DNA of 64,000 nt from a virus, in IMG/VR virus record IMGVR_UViG_3300008050_008852, positions 1 to 64,000 of that record; one strand, 5' to 3'. Each line of letters opens with the position of its first letter. Within the stretch, counting starts at the first letter, position 1. The position numbers and the translations under genes were made by a program. This document shows positions 8,160-18,815 of this stretch, piece by piece. The notes below the pieces were generated by a model. It ran no database searches and had not been told where the DNA came from. It saw only the letters and a program-made list of their open reading frames with translations.

Positions 8160-10073
8160 ATGCTAAATTCTCCATTTGATGAACAGAAAAAAGAACAGTT
8201 AATTCCTGAGGAATGTAATATAGTGTTTGTAGCAGATTTATTTGCTGAACAGTATGTTGGTGGAGCTGAATTAACTAGTGATGCTTTAATTAAATCTTCA
8301 AAGTTTCCAATTATCTGTATAAATTCAAAAGATGTAACACTTCAGACATTAGAAAGTGGATTTAAAAAATACTGGATATTTGGAAACTGTTCACAAATAG
8401 ATATTAACTTAATACCTTCAATTGTTGCTAATTTGAATTATTCTATTTTAGAATATGATTATAAATTTTGCAAGTACCGTTCAATAGAAAAACATGAGGC
8501 TAATGAAAAAGAAAGTTGCAATTGTCATGAAGAAATTCATGGTAAAATGATTTCTGCATTCTTCTATGGTGCAAAATCATTATGGTTCATGTCAGAAAAA
8601 CAACAAGAAATTTACTTTAATAGATTTCCGTTTCTAAAAGATAGAGAAAATTGGGTTCTATCCTCAGTTTTCGATGATCAGTTTTTTATTACATTAAAGA
8701 TGCTTAGAGAAAAGTATGATAATAATGATCGATCTGGCTGGCTGGTTCTTGGTTCTTCTTCTTGGGTTAAAGGTACACAACAAGCTTTAGACTGGTGTAA
8801 AGAAAATGGAAAAGAACACAAAATAATTCAGAATTGGCCTTATGGTAAGGTTCTTGAAGAAATGGCTCAAGCAGAAGGATTAGTATATCTACCTCAAGGT
8901 GGTGATACATGTCCTCGAATTGTAATTGAAGCTAAGCTACTTGGTTGTAAATTAGAGCTCAATGACAATGTTCAGCATAAAGACGAAGAATGGTTTTCCG
9001 ATGTCCCAGCATTTGATACTGAAGCATATTTATATGCTGCTAGAGATAAATTTTGGAATTCAATTACAAATTCAGTAAATTATGTTCCAGCAATCTCAGG
9101 TTATACAACGACCTTGAATTGTATTGATAACCAATATCCATACGAACAATCAATTGAGTCAATGCTTGGTTTTTGTACTGAAGTAGTAGTACTTGATGGC
9201 GGCTCAAGTGATGGAACCTGGCAACGTTTAGAAAAATTGGCACTAGAAAATGAAAGACTTATAATTCATAAAATTGAACGAGACTGGTCAGATTCAAGAT
9301 TTGCAGTATTTGATGGTGATCAAAAGGCAGCGGCTAGAAAATTATGCACAAATGAATACTGTTGGCAACAAGACGCTGATGAGGTGGTTCATGAAAATGA
9401 TTATCAAAAAATTATTAATATTGCAAAACAATTTCCAAAAAATGTGGATTTGGTTTCACTACCAGTGATAGAGTATTGGGGTTCAGAAAATAAAATTCGA
9501 CTAGATATCAATCCTTGGAAATGGCGTTTATCTAGAAATTTACCACATATAACACATGGTATACCTTCGGAATTAAGGTGTGTAGATGACTCCGGAAAAT
9601 TATATGCTAGCCAAGGTACTGATGGCTGCGACTATATAAATTCTGAAACATTTGAACGTATTAATCATGCCAGCTTTTATACTGAAGATGTACATAAAGC
9701 AAAAACAGCGGCATTAGATGGTAATCCAGATGCTCTAGATGCATATCAAAAATGGTTTAATAATGTCGTTGATATTCTTCCTGGTGTACATCACTATAGC
9801 TGGTTTAATATGGTAAGGAAAATAAACACATATAAGACATATTGGCAAACTCACTGGGAAAGTCTTTATAATATTAAACAAGAAGATACACCTGAAAATA
9901 ACATGTTCTTTCAAAAACCATGGTCAGATGTAACAGATGATGATATTACTTCTCTTGCCAATAGATTGTCAACTGAACTCGGTGGTTGGGTGTTTCATTC
10001 GCCAGTTGATTTTTCAGTCACCGTACCTTTCTTGGAACCATCTAGAAATCAACCTTTGGTAATGCTGAAATAA
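8160..10073 (+). CDS. two-domain glycosyltransferase (N-terminal GT-B fold + C-terminal GT2-like GT-A fold)
   Basis: GGAEL, DTCPRIVIEAKLLGC (GT-B); EVVVLDGGSSDGTW, QQDADE (GT-A DxD); ATG 8160 follows AGAGG (ORF track starts at TTG 8151). Confidence 0.85.
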   Translation: MLNSPFDEQKKEQLIPEECNIVFVADLFAEQYVGGAELTSDALIKSSKFPIICINSKDVTLQTLESGFKKYWIFGNCSQIDINLIPSIVANLNYSILEYDYKFCKYRSIEKHEANEKESCNCHEEIHGKMISAFFYGAKSLWFMSEKQQEIYFNRFPFLKDRENWVLSSVFDDQFFITLKMLREKYDNNDRSGWLVLGSSSWVKGTQQALDWCKENGKEHKIIQNWPYGKVLEEMAQAEGLVYLPQGGDTCPRIVIEAKLLGCKLELNDNVQHKDEEWFSDVPAFDTEAYLYAARDKFWNSITNSVNYVPAISGYTTTLNCIDNQYPYEQSIESMLGFCTEVVVLDGGSSDGTWQRLEKLALENERLIIHKIERDWSDSRFAVFDGDQKAAARKLCTNEYCWQQDADEVVHENDYQKIINIAKQFPKNVDLVSLPVIEYWGSENKIRLDINPWKWRLSRNLPHITHGIPSELRCVDDSGKLYASQGTDGCDYINSETFERINHASFYTEDVHKAKTAALDGNPDALDAYQKWFNNVVDILPGVHHYSWFNMVRKINTYKTYWQTHWESLYNIKQEDTPENNMFFQKPWSDVTDDDITSLANRLSTELGGWVFHSPVDFSVTVPFLEPSRNQPLVMLK

Positions 10074-10075
10074 AA

Positions 10076-10846
10076 ATGTCGAAATTAAGAGTATTCTCAC
10101 CATCATATAATTCACATAAATTTTGTATTAATTGTATAGATTCAGTAGCTGCTCAGACAAAATTACCTGATGAACATTTTTTTATAGATGACTCTAGTCC
10201 TGATGATACTAGGGAATGGTTGTCAAAACATTACACTAGAATGCAAAATAATGCATCAAACAAGTATGATTTAAACATTGTTGTTAGTCAAGATAGAAAA
10301 TGGAAATTGCTTAACTTATATGAATATGTTATTAAGTGTGATCCAGATGACGTAATTTGTGTTTTAGACGGAGATGATTGGTTAGTAGATAATTCGGTTC
10401 TTGAAAAAGTTTGGAAAGAATATCAAGATCCAACAGTTGATTATGTATATACAAATTGGAAATATTCTCATAATGGAGAAATAGGAATATCAAAACAAAT
10501 TCCTGAAAACTTTAAAGATTGGGATCCGTACTCTGGTCCATGGGTAACTTCTGCCATGTCTACATTTAGGGTTAAACAGTTTTTAAAGATTCCAATAACA
10601 AACTTTTTCAGATGGGATCATAAGTGGTTTACTATGGGTAACGATCAAGCTTATGTATTACCAATAATTCATCAAATAATGCGCCAAGAAAATGGTTATA
10701 ACAAAATCAAGTTTATTGATGAACCACTGTATGTGTATCAATTTACTGAAAACCCTAACAAACCAAGAACTCAAAATGATGGCGGAATGCGCCAAGACGC
10801 TCATGATTCAGTAACATACATTCGTCAAAGAGGTTATATTAGATGA
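10076..10846 (+). CDS. glycosyltransferase family 2
   Basis: SPSYN, CIDSVAAQ, IDDSSPDDT, LDGDDWL. Confidence 0.88.
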   Translation: MSKLRVFSPSYNSHKFCINCIDSVAAQTKLPDEHFFIDDSSPDDTREWLSKHYTRMQNNASNKYDLNIVVSQDRKWKLLNLYEYVIKCDPDDVICVLDGDDWLVDNSVLEKVWKEYQDPTVDYVYTNWKYSHNGEIGISKQIPENFKDWDPYSGPWVTSAMSTFRVKQFLKIPITNFFRWDHKWFTMGNDQAYVLPIIHQIMRQENGYNKIKFIDEPLYVYQFTENPNKPRTQNDGGMRQDAHDSVTYIRQRGYIR

Positions 10847-11709
10847 CAGCTTTGATTACAGGCGCAAATGGTTTTATAGGCTCAAACCTCGCCGCGGCAA
10901 TTCCAGATAGTTTATTGTGTGATATTAACAACAACAAGATGTATCCACCTGATGAAGCTATAAAAAACATCACTGCCGGTAATGTAACAGTAGTTTATCA
11001 TTTAGGTGCAATTTCAGCTACGACGGAAACTGATATAGCACTAATATCTAAAACAAACATAGAATTTCCATCTAGATTACTTGAAGCCAGTTTAGAAGCT
11101 CAGATTCCATTTGTATATGCCTCATCAGCGTCTGTTTATGGTTTAGGCACTAACGGATTTAAAGAGGATTGTGAGTTAACTCCATTGAATTATTATGCAA
11201 TTAGTAAGGCTTCATTCGATATGTTTGTTAGACAGAAAATAATAGATAATCCAGATGCTAAAATTATTGGTTTAAGGTATTTTAATGTTTATGGCCATAA
11301 CGAAGATCATAAGGGTGATATGGCAAGCCCTGTTCATAAATTTTTAGAACAGGCTAGAATAGCTGGTACTATTAAAGTTTTTGAAGGTAGTGAAAATTAC
11401 TATCGTGACTTTATTCATATTAGTGACGTCATTGAATTAACTCAAGCCGCTGTAAATTTTGCTTCTGGCATTTATAATATAGGTACGGGTCAAAGTAGAT
11501 CATTTGCAAATGTTGCTGCCGAAATTGCGCAATTAACAAATTCGCAAATTAAAGAAATTTCTTTTCCAGAACACTTAAAAGGAAAGTATCAAGAATTCAC
11601 CTGTAGTGATAATAAACTTATATCAAGTGAATATAGAAAAATTTACACTACTCTCCGGGAAGGAGTAAAGAAAACATATGAAGATAGGATTCACAAACGG
11701 TTGTTTTGA
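10843..11709 (+). CDS. hldD: ADP-L-glycero-D-manno-heptose 6-epimerase
   Basis: ITGANGFIGSNL, HLGAISATTE, YASSASVYG, PLNYYAISK, LRYFNVYGHNEDHKGDMAS, YQEFTCSD; adjacent to RfaE domains. Confidence 0.9.
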   Translation: MTALITGANGFIGSNLAAAIPDSLLCDINNNKMYPPDEAIKNITAGNVTVVYHLGAISATTETDIALISKTNIEFPSRLLEASLEAQIPFVYASSASVYGLGTNGFKEDCELTPLNYYAISKASFDMFVRQKIIDNPDAKIIGLRYFNVYGHNEDHKGDMASPVHKFLEQARIAGTIKVFEGSENYYRDFIHISDVIELTQAAVNFASGIYNIGTGQSRSFANVAAEIAQLTNSQIKEISFPEHLKGKYQEFTCSDNKLISSEYRKIYTTLREGVKKTYEDRIHKRLF

Positions 11710-12076
11710 TATTTTACATGTAGGTCATATTAGAATGTTGGCCTTTGCCAAAAGTCAATGTGATTATTTAATTGTTGCAATTGATAGTGATTCTAGGGTT
11801 AAAGAGCTAAAAGGTTCGTCAAGACCTATAAACAGTCAAGATATTAGAACAGAAATTTTAAATGCTATTTCTGCTGTTGATGAAGTTAAGCTTTTCGATT
11901 CAGCTATTGGTTTAGAGAATCTGGTTTATAAAATAAAACCAGACATAATGATTGTAGGCGCAGAATATAAAAATAAGACAGTTATAGGATCAAAACATGC
12001 AAAAAAACTTATTTTCTTCGAAAGAGTTGGAAATTATTCAACAAGCAAAATCATTAAAGATACTTGTTGTAGGTGA
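11678..12076 (+). CDS. rfaE2: D-glycero-beta-D-manno-heptose 1-phosphate adenylyltransferase (HldE/RfaE domain II)
   Basis: FTNGCFDILHVGH, DSDSRVKELKGSSRPIN, YSTSKII. Confidence 0.9.
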   Translation: MKIGFTNGCFDILHVGHIRMLAFAKSQCDYLIVAIDSDSRVKELKGSSRPINSQDIRTEILNAISAVDEVKLFDSAIGLENLVYKIKPDIMIVGAEYKNKTVIGSKHAKKLIFFERVGNYSTSKIIKDTCCR

Positions 12077-12803
12077 TAGTTGCACCGATCGCTTTATATA
12101 TGGAACATGTGATCGGCTCTCCCCAGAAGCACCTATTCCAGTATTAAAGCATAGTCATACAAAAGAGATGCCGGGGATGGCGGCAAATGTACTTGAAAAT
12201 ATTAGGGCATTTACATCTAGCACTGATATTATTACACAAACAAGTAATATTATAAAAACACGTTATATAGATGAAAGATCAAATCAGCATATTTTAAGAT
12301 TTGATTCTGGGTCATACATCCAAGTATCCGATAAATTAACAGCCTCAGCACTTACTATAATTTGTGATTCATATGACTATCTATTGATATCTGATTATGC
12401 AAAGGGGTTTTTATGTAAAGACGAATTGAAAATATTTACATCACAAAATATAATAAAAACATATGTTGATACAAAAAAAGAAGATATAGCGTGTTATGAA
12501 AATTCAATTATAAAATTAAATGAATATGAAACACAGTGTATTAAGAGTACTCTTCAAGAAAATAGTACACTAATTACAACCTTGGGTTCTAAAGGCGCTA
12601 AATATATGAATAAAATTATTCCAACAAAAAATGTTGAAGTTTTTGATGTCTCCGGAGCTGGCGATACATTTTTGGCGTCTTTTTCTATTTTTCATTATTT
12701 AACTAATAATATTGAAGAGTCTATAATTTTTGCAAATAAGTGTGCGGCAATAGTAGTACAAAGATCTGGTACTTATGCTATTAAGAAAAGTGATTTATTA
12801 TGA
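12027..12803 (+). CDS. rfaE1: D-glycero-D-manno-heptose 7-phosphate kinase (HldE/RfaE domain I, PfkB family)
   Basis: ILVVGD, RLSPEAPIPV, PGMAANV, ISDYAKG, VFDVSGAGDTF; start uncertain (TTG 12027 preferred, ORF track 11997). Confidence 0.9.
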   Translation: MEIIQQAKSLKILVVGDSCTDRFIYGTCDRLSPEAPIPVLKHSHTKEMPGMAANVLENIRAFTSSTDIITQTSNIIKTRYIDERSNQHILRFDSGSYIQVSDKLTASALTIICDSYDYLLISDYAKGFLCKDELKIFTSQNIIKTYVDTKKEDIACYENSIIKLNEYETQCIKSTLQENSTLITTLGSKGAKYMNKIIPTKNVEVFDVSGAGDTFLASFSIFHYLTNNIEESIIFANKCAAIVVQRSGTYAIKKSDLL

Positions 12804-12854
12804 TAATTGAAATTTCTCAAAAAGCTAAGAACGATAACTGCAGGAAGATTATCA

Positions 12855-13490
12855 ATGAACAAAATTAATTTAGGGCAGAATTTAAATCATATTGTTGATC
12901 TTGATTTAATTTCAGATAAGTCAGTCATCATCGATGCCGGCGCAAACGTAGGTCAATTTATCACCCGAATGCGCGAATTTACAGATGCAAAGATATTGTC
13001 TATAGAACCATCATCTAGAAATTGCAAAATTATGAAAGCTAGAGATTTTAAAAATGTTGAAATTATTGAAAAAGCCATTGTAGGGACTAATTCTGGTCCA
13101 GTTGTTTTTACCGAATATTCAGGTCATAAAAAAGCCGGCGGCCTTCACCGTTATCATCAATGGTCTAATATATTTGGAAATCATAAGAATAAGTTTGAAA
13201 ACGATTCAACTGTAATAGTCAATGAATATGAGGTTGAAACAACAACACTGAAGGCTCTTATTGATGATTATGATATACAATCCATAGATTATTTAAAGAT
13301 GGATTTAGAAGGTGCAGAGTATGGTATATTTGAAAGTCTAGACCAGAATATAGCATCGAAAATCAAACAAATATCTTTAGAATTTCATGACGAATCAAAG
13401 AACTGGATTATTCTTGAAAAATTAAAAGAGCTTGGTTTCGAATACAGTCTCGAGCCTGGAAACGAAATATACGCTAAGAAAGTAACATGA
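12855..13490 (+). CDS. FkbM family SAM-dependent methyltransferase
   Basis: IIDAGANVGQF, SIEP, IDYLKMDLEGAEY, QISLEFH; ATG 12855 after AGGAAG (ORF track 12807). Confidence 0.88.
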   Translation: MNKINLGQNLNHIVDLDLISDKSVIIDAGANVGQFITRMREFTDAKILSIEPSSRNCKIMKARDFKNVEIIEKAIVGTNSGPVVFTEYSGHKKAGGLHRYHQWSNIFGNHKNKFENDSTVIVNEYEVETTTLKALIDDYDIQSIDYLKMDLEGAEYGIFESLDQNIASKIKQISLEFHDESKNWIILEKLKELGFEYSLEPGNEIYAKKVT

Positions 13491-13575
13491 ACAAATGTGG
13501 ACATGCTTTATTGATAATTTTAAGAAAAGATTATTTTGTGCTATAGATAATCGAATAACAAAATAAGGAAAATAT

Positions 13576-14544
13576 ATGAAGACGGCACTAATTACTGGAA
13601 TAAACGGTCAGGATGGAAGTTATCTTGCTGATTTTTTACTAGAAAAAGGCTATACCATATATGGTATGGAGCGCAGATGCTCTACAAAAATTAGATTAAA
13701 TACCAAACACTTAGAAGGTAAAATTAACTTTATTAATGGTGATCTTGCTGATCAAAATTCGTTACTTAGGTGTATTAAGGAATGTGATCCTGATGAGGTT
13801 TATAATCTTGGGGCCATGTCTTTTGTTGGTGAAAGCTGGAATACACCTGAAACGACTGGCGACATCGACGCCCTTGGGGTACTTCGAATGCTTGAAGCAA
13901 TTAGGGAATATGGGAAAAATATAAAATTCTATCAAGCTTCAACATCTGAAATGTTTGGAAAGGTTACTGAAAATCCACAAAAAGAGACAACTAGATTTTA
14001 TCCAAGAAGCCCTTATGGCGTCGCAAAGCTGTATGGTCACTGGATAACAAAAAATTATCGTGAATCTTATAATATATTTGCGTGCAGTGGTATTTTATTC
14101 AATCATGAGTCTGAGCGCCGCGGCAAGGAATTTGTAACAAGAAAAATTACTGACGGAATTGCAAAAATCCATCTTGGGCTTGAAGACAAAATTGTGCTCG
14201 GAAACCTTGACGCCGAAAGAGATTGGGGTTATGCACCTGATTATGTTGAAGCAATGTGGCGCATGCTTCAGCAAGATGTTGCCGATGATTATGTAATCGC
14301 AACAGGTCAAAAACATTCAATTAGAGATTTCTTAGATCAGGCGTTTAAATGTGTGGGAATAGAAGATTGGTCAAACTATGTATGTCAGCACGAAAAATAT
14401 TTTCGCCCAGCAGAAGTCGATTTTCTTATTGGTGACTATTCTAAGGCAAAAGCAAAATTAGGGTGGGAACCAAAAACATCTTTCGCAGAAATGGTTCAGA
14501 AAATGGTTACGAATGATATAATATTGAATGAGAACCAGAAATGA
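13576..14544 (+). CDS. gmd: GDP-mannose 4,6-dehydratase
   Basis: [63 protein letters not shown]. Confidence 0.96.
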   Translation: MKTALITGINGQDGSYLADFLLEKGYTIYGMERRCSTKIRLNTKHLEGKINFINGDLADQNSLLRCIKECDPDEVYNLGAMSFVGESWNTPETTGDIDALGVLRMLEAIREYGKNIKFYQASTSEMFGKVTENPQKETTRFYPRSPYGVAKLYGHWITKNYRESYNIFACSGILFNHESERRGKEFVTRKITDGIAKIHLGLEDKIVLGNLDAERDWGYAPDYVEAMWRMLQQDVADDYVIATGQKHSIRDFLDQAFKCVGIEDWSNYVCQHEKYFRPAEVDFLIGDYSKAKAKLGWEPKTSFAEMVQKMVTNDIILNENQK

Positions 14545-15245
14545 AGATACTGGTTGCTACATCTAACAAATATTCATTTCTTCTTGAGCCATATTCTGTT
14601 TTGCTTAATAAATACTGGCCGGGCCAAGAGGTAGTATTTTTAGGTTTTGAAGAAAGCAAAAGTATTATCCCTAATCTTCCGGAAAATTTTTCATTCCATT
14701 CATTGGGCCCTCAAGAGTCGTTTGGCGGTTTATGGACAGATCCTTTAATTCCGTATATAGATTCTTTACCTGACGAATATTTTGTGTTTACAGTTGAAGA
14801 CATGATGCCTATGTGTCTTGTCGAGCAAGAGAAAATGGATATTTTAGAATTTGAAATAAAAAATAATCTTGCCGATAAAGCACTTTTAGATTCACATATG
14901 CTTCCGCTTTGTGTACCTCATAAAGATGGCCTTGTAAAACTACATCAAGAAGCTGACTATAGGACCACCTTGCATCCTTCAATCTGGAGAAAAGACTATT
15001 TTAGCAGATATCTAAAACCGGGAATGTCAGCATGGGATTTTGAAGTAAAAAATATGCCAGAATCAAAGATGGATAGCGCAACAATCTTGTTGTTAGATCA
15101 GAAAAAGAATTTATTTGAAGCTGCGAATGTATATCGAAAAGGTGTTCCGTTCCCTCGGTGGAACTGCCCTCGGCCTTATGGCGGAGATAATGTGAACATG
15201 CAAGATATTGAGTATATACTTGAATTTATAAATGCTCAAAAATAG
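14541..15245 (+). CDS. putative glycosyltransferase (GT-A-like)
   Basis: VEDM acidic motif, [14 protein letters not shown]; position inside sugar cluster. Confidence 0.5.
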   Translation: MKILVATSNKYSFLLEPYSVLLNKYWPGQEVVFLGFEESKSIIPNLPENFSFHSLGPQESFGGLWTDPLIPYIDSLPDEYFVFTVEDMMPMCLVEQEKMDILEFEIKNNLADKALLDSHMLPLCVPHKDGLVKLHQEADYRTTLHPSIWRKDYFSRYLKPGMSAWDFEVKNMPESKMDSATILLLDQKKNLFEAANVYRKGVPFPRWNCPRPYGGDNVNMQDIEYILEFINAQK

Positions 15246-15258
15246 ATAGAGGTAGGCT

Positions 15259-15906
15259 TTGATTTACAAACCAAAAGATGGCTACTATGGCCAGTTTAGC
15301 ACAGATATGTTAATAGAACTATATTTTTCTAATAAGAAAGACGGTGTGTGTGTTGAAGTCGGTGCTGCAAATGGCGTCCGCGGTTCTAATACGCTGTTTT
15401 TTGAAAAACTTGGATGGAGAACACTTTGTGTTGAACCAAATCCACTATATATTGAAGAAATAAAAAGCTGCAGAAAAGAATATGTTCAGTATGCATGTGG
15501 AAGTAGCAATGAACAATCAATTCCATTTACTGTTTTTGACATTGGTGACAAAAATATTATGTCATCACTAAGCAGCTTATGCCCTGACTCTCGTCTTTTA
15601 AAGACTCATGGCCATGTTATAAATTCATCATATACCATAGATGTTTCAGTTAGAACACTTGATAAAATTTTAGAAGATTCAAATTTTCCAACAGATATTG
15701 ATTTTATTTCTATAGATACTGAAGGAACTGAATTAGACGTCTTAAAAGGCCTAGATCTTAATAGATGGAATATTTCTTTATTGGTTGTAGAAAATAACTT
15801 TGATGATGAAGACATTAAAGAATATATGCTACAGCACGGTTACACAAAAGATGCGCGCTGGAAAATAAACGATTTTTATGTAAAGGGAGAAAATAGTTAT
15901 GCCTGA
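15259..15906 (+). CDS. FkbM family SAM-dependent methyltransferase
   Basis: VEVGAANG, SNTLFFEKLGW, VEPNP, IDFISIDTEGTELDVLKG, VENN. Confidence 0.9.
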   Translation: MIYKPKDGYYGQFSTDMLIELYFSNKKDGVCVEVGAANGVRGSNTLFFEKLGWRTLCVEPNPLYIEEIKSCRKEYVQYACGSSNEQSIPFTVFDIGDKNIMSSLSSLCPDSRLLKTHGHVINSSYTIDVSVRTLDKILEDSNFPTDIDFISIDTEGTELDVLKGLDLNRWNISLLVVENNFDDEDIKEYMLQHGYTKDARWKINDFYVKGENSYA

Positions 15907-17140
15907 TAATACACTGCTAGATTTAGGTGACATTTACGTGTCTGACTTCTTAGATGACACTGATGGATTATATGATGATAGAACTCAGGAGCCACTCAAG
16001 TTAATTCTTGATAAAAGTATTGGGGCTCCTCGCCTAACCCAGGCTGTAGATTCAGATAAAATGTATGGAAAATACTGGTACCGTTCCGGAACAAATGCAT
16101 CAATGACAAACCAGTTGAAAGAAATTGTCGCTGAAGTTTGTGATAGAGTTAAGCATGAAGATGGTGACTTATGGCTTGATATTGCATGTAATGATGGCAC
16201 AATGTTTCGGTTTATTCCAGATCATTTTACGAAAATAGGGATTGATCCTTGTGATGATTCATATCTTGAGATATCTTCTAGTGTAGCCGATGTTGTAATT
16301 CAAGATTATTTTTCCGCATCCGCGTTTGACCAGACCGGTTATGGCGATAAAAAGTGCAAGGTTATTACCACCATCGCAATGTTTTATGATTTAGATGAAC
16401 CTATTCCATTTATTGATGATGTCTATGATATTTTAGATGATAACGGTGTGTGGGTTGTACAGTTGTCATACACACCGCTGATGTTAAAGCAAATGGCTTT
16501 TGATAATATTTGTCATGAGCATGTTTACTATTATTCTCTTTCTAGTATTAAAAAACTAATGGAAGGAAGAGGCTTTAAGGTTGTTGACTGTTCACTTAAT
16601 GATACAAATGGCGGAAGTTTTAGAGTCTACCTTCAAAAGAAAGAAGCTTCTGAATTGTCATTTGGAACAAAGCCGTTACGTGATGTATGCAATTTTAGAG
16701 TAGAGTCACTGCTGAACTATGAGTCAACATCAGCCGATTCAGCCAATCCAGAAGCATGGAACAAGTTTTATGAACAACTCCAGCGAATGAAGACCCAAAC
16801 TGTAGAATTTGTAAGGGCTGAAGTTGCAAAAGGTAAAACCGTATACGGCTATGGTGCATCTACAAAGGGAAATACTCTACTACAGTATTATGGTCTTGAT
16901 CACAATGATATTGTAGCAATCGCTGAAAGAAGCCCAGTTAAGTTTGGATTAAAGACTGTTGGAACTCATATTCCAATAGTGTCTGAGGCTGAGATGAGAA
17001 AGGCAAAGCCGGACTATCTTTTAGTTTTGCCATGGCATTTTATAAAAGAGTTTGTAGAGAGAGAGTCAAAATTTCTTGCCGATGGTGGGAAGTTTATTGT
17101 TCCATGCCCTGAATTTCAGATAATTGGAGAAAGCAAATGA
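15899..17140 (+). CDS. NDP-hexose C-methyltransferase (3-C-methyltransferase family)
   Basis: YWYRSG, LDIACNDG, FDNICHEHVYYYS, NGGSFR, GYGASTKGNTLL, PDYLLVLPWHF, GGKFIVP. Confidence 0.9.
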   Translation: MPDNTLLDLGDIYVSDFLDDTDGLYDDRTQEPLKLILDKSIGAPRLTQAVDSDKMYGKYWYRSGTNASMTNQLKEIVAEVCDRVKHEDGDLWLDIACNDGTMFRFIPDHFTKIGIDPCDDSYLEISSSVADVVIQDYFSASAFDQTGYGDKKCKVITTIAMFYDLDEPIPFIDDVYDILDDNGVWVVQLSYTPLMLKQMAFDNICHEHVYYYSLSSIKKLMEGRGFKVVDCSLNDTNGGSFRVYLQKKEASELSFGTKPLRDVCNFRVESLLNYESTSADSANPEAWNKFYEQLQRMKTQTVEFVRAEVAKGKTVYGYGASTKGNTLLQYYGLDHNDIVAIAERSPVKFGLKTVGTHIPIVSEAEMRKAKPDYLLVLPWHFIKEFVERESKFLADGGKFIVPCPEFQIIGESK

Positions 17141-17808
17141 GTGAAAAAGTCAATTGCATTCAGCTTGGTGCCAACTGTGGCCGCACAGAGACTGACATGG
17201 TATGGATATATTGTCAAAAAGAAAATTGGAACTGTATTTTTGTCGAGCCTTTGCCGGCATCATTTAATTCATTAAAAACATACTATAATACTCCAGAATC
17301 TGGTACTGGCACTCATATTTTTGAAAATGTTGCTATTATTCCAGAAACAAAATTAAGAAATGCTAATGGAGATGTCACTCTCCACTTTTCTGAAAAACCA
17401 CAGCTTTCTGTCATGGCTTCTCTTAATTCTAGCCACCGATCAGATCACAACACTCTTTCTGTTGACGTTCCGGCATTAACACTTGATGAGTTAATCGACA
17501 AGCACAATATGAGAAATATACCTTTTGATATATTGCAAGTTGATATTGAAGGATTTGATGCGGCGATACTTCTGGCGTCCGATTTTTCTACTATTAATCC
17601 CAAGTATATTAGATATGAAAGTCACCATATTTCACCACACACTCAAACAGAAGTGGCGATGTATTTAAATGGTTATGGCTACGAAGCTGTTCAAGATAAA
17701 TTCTGGAATACATATCAAACCGTTCTTAAAGAAGAAGTTGAAAAAGTATGGGACCCTGAGGCGCTATCAATGAACACTTTATTTGAAAGGAAAGAAGATA
17801 ATGGTTGA
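17137..17808 (+). CDS. FkbM family SAM-dependent methyltransferase
   Basis: IQLGANCG, FVEPL, ENVAI, DILQVDIEGFD, IRYE. Confidence 0.85.
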   Translation: MSEKVNCIQLGANCGRTETDMVWIYCQKENWNCIFVEPLPASFNSLKTYYNTPESGTGTHIFENVAIIPETKLRNANGDVTLHFSEKPQLSVMASLNSSHRSDHNTLSVDVPALTLDELIDKHNMRNIPFDILQVDIEGFDAAILLASDFSTINPKYIRYESHHISPHTQTEVAMYLNGYGYEAVQDKFWNTYQTVLKEEVEKVWDPEALSMNTLFERKEDNG

Positions 17809-18058
17809 TACTCTTGGTAATTTAATTGACAAACTTACAATTGCAAATATTAGAATTTGGAATGCAGAAGATATTAAAAGAAAATCCAATGCAACTGATA
17901 AAGAAATTGCTGATGCGTGTAGAATCACAAACGTTGTTAATTCACTCCGCAATGACTTAATTCAAGACATTGACGAGACAATCAATCATTTAATTTCAAC
18001 AGGCGAACTTCAAAAATTATATAAGCAAGGTAGCACTAAGATTTATGGTAAAAAATAA
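17801..18058 (+). CDS. small helical protein, DUF4254-like
   Basis: TLGNLIDKLTIANIRIW-x-x-ED and N-x-x-RNDLIQDID pattern; ATG 17801 (ORF track 17783). Confidence 0.55.
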   Translation: MVDTLGNLIDKLTIANIRIWNAEDIKRKSNATDKEIADACRITNVVNSLRNDLIQDIDETINHLISTGELQKLYKQGSTKIYGKK

Positions 18059-18114
18059 CTACGCCTTGATGAAAATAAGCGTTTAAGGTAATAAAATAAA
18101 ATAAGGGCTATGTA

Positions 18115-18795
18115 ATGAGTGTTTTAATTTTTAGTTGTGGTAGAACTGGCACAAATATGCTGCTTGAAACAATGAGAGGGTCAAGTATGCTAAGGGCAAC
18201 AACTGTCACTGAAGACAAACAAGTTTTTCGAGAATGTCGTAATTTACCGCTTGATTATTTGAGTAAGTGTGACACAGTGTATGTTGATGACACAAATCAA
18301 GTCTCTGAATTACTGAATAAAAACCCAGATTTAAAAATTCTTTGGACAATAAGAGACATTCGTGATATGGCACTGTCAAAGATTTACCGTGGTCAACCTG
18401 GAAATGACTGCCCGGTAGTTGCTGATGATGCAACTTTTGATGGGTGTATTGATGATATTAGTCGAATGACTATGTTTTATCGATATGTAATGAAAAATTT
18501 TCCTGATCGTGTGATGCTTGTAAGGGTGGAGGATATGGTTTTAAGATTTGACGAAACCGTATTGTCAATTTGCGATTTTTGTAATATTAAATTTGAAGAT
18601 AATATGAAAAATTTCGTCCGACGCTACCGGAATCGACACCAAGCAAAAAGATATTCTAACCTTGACAAGAGCCAGGTCGAACTGTATAAAAGAAAATATG
18701 AAATTTATAATGGATTTTTTAAGACTCACAATATTGATCTTGAAAATTTATTTGATAAATTACATATTTACTTGCAAGAATTCGGGTATGAGTAA
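18115..18795 (+). CDS. sulfotransferase-fold protein
   Basis: 5'-PSB-like GRTGTNML, 3'-PB-like IRDIRDMALS, VRVEDMV...ICDFCNI. Confidence 0.75.
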   Translation: MSVLIFSCGRTGTNMLLETMRGSSMLRATTVTEDKQVFRECRNLPLDYLSKCDTVYVDDTNQVSELLNKNPDLKILWTIRDIRDMALSKIYRGQPGNDCPVVADDATFDGCIDDISRMTMFYRYVMKNFPDRVMLVRVEDMVLRFDETVLSICDFCNIKFEDNMKNFVRRYRNRHQAKRYSNLDKSQVELYKRKYEIYNGFFKTHNIDLENLFDKLHIYLQEFGYE

Positions 18796-18815
18796 GATAA
18801 TATCCTGAGGAAAAA

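Noticed and set aside
11997-12076. Programmed frameshift at the A-run (12001-12007) fusing adenylyltransferase and kinase
   Set aside because: The kinase is in the +1 frame, not -1, and a shift there would remove the conserved YSTSKII motif; an independent TTG start at 12027 is simpler.
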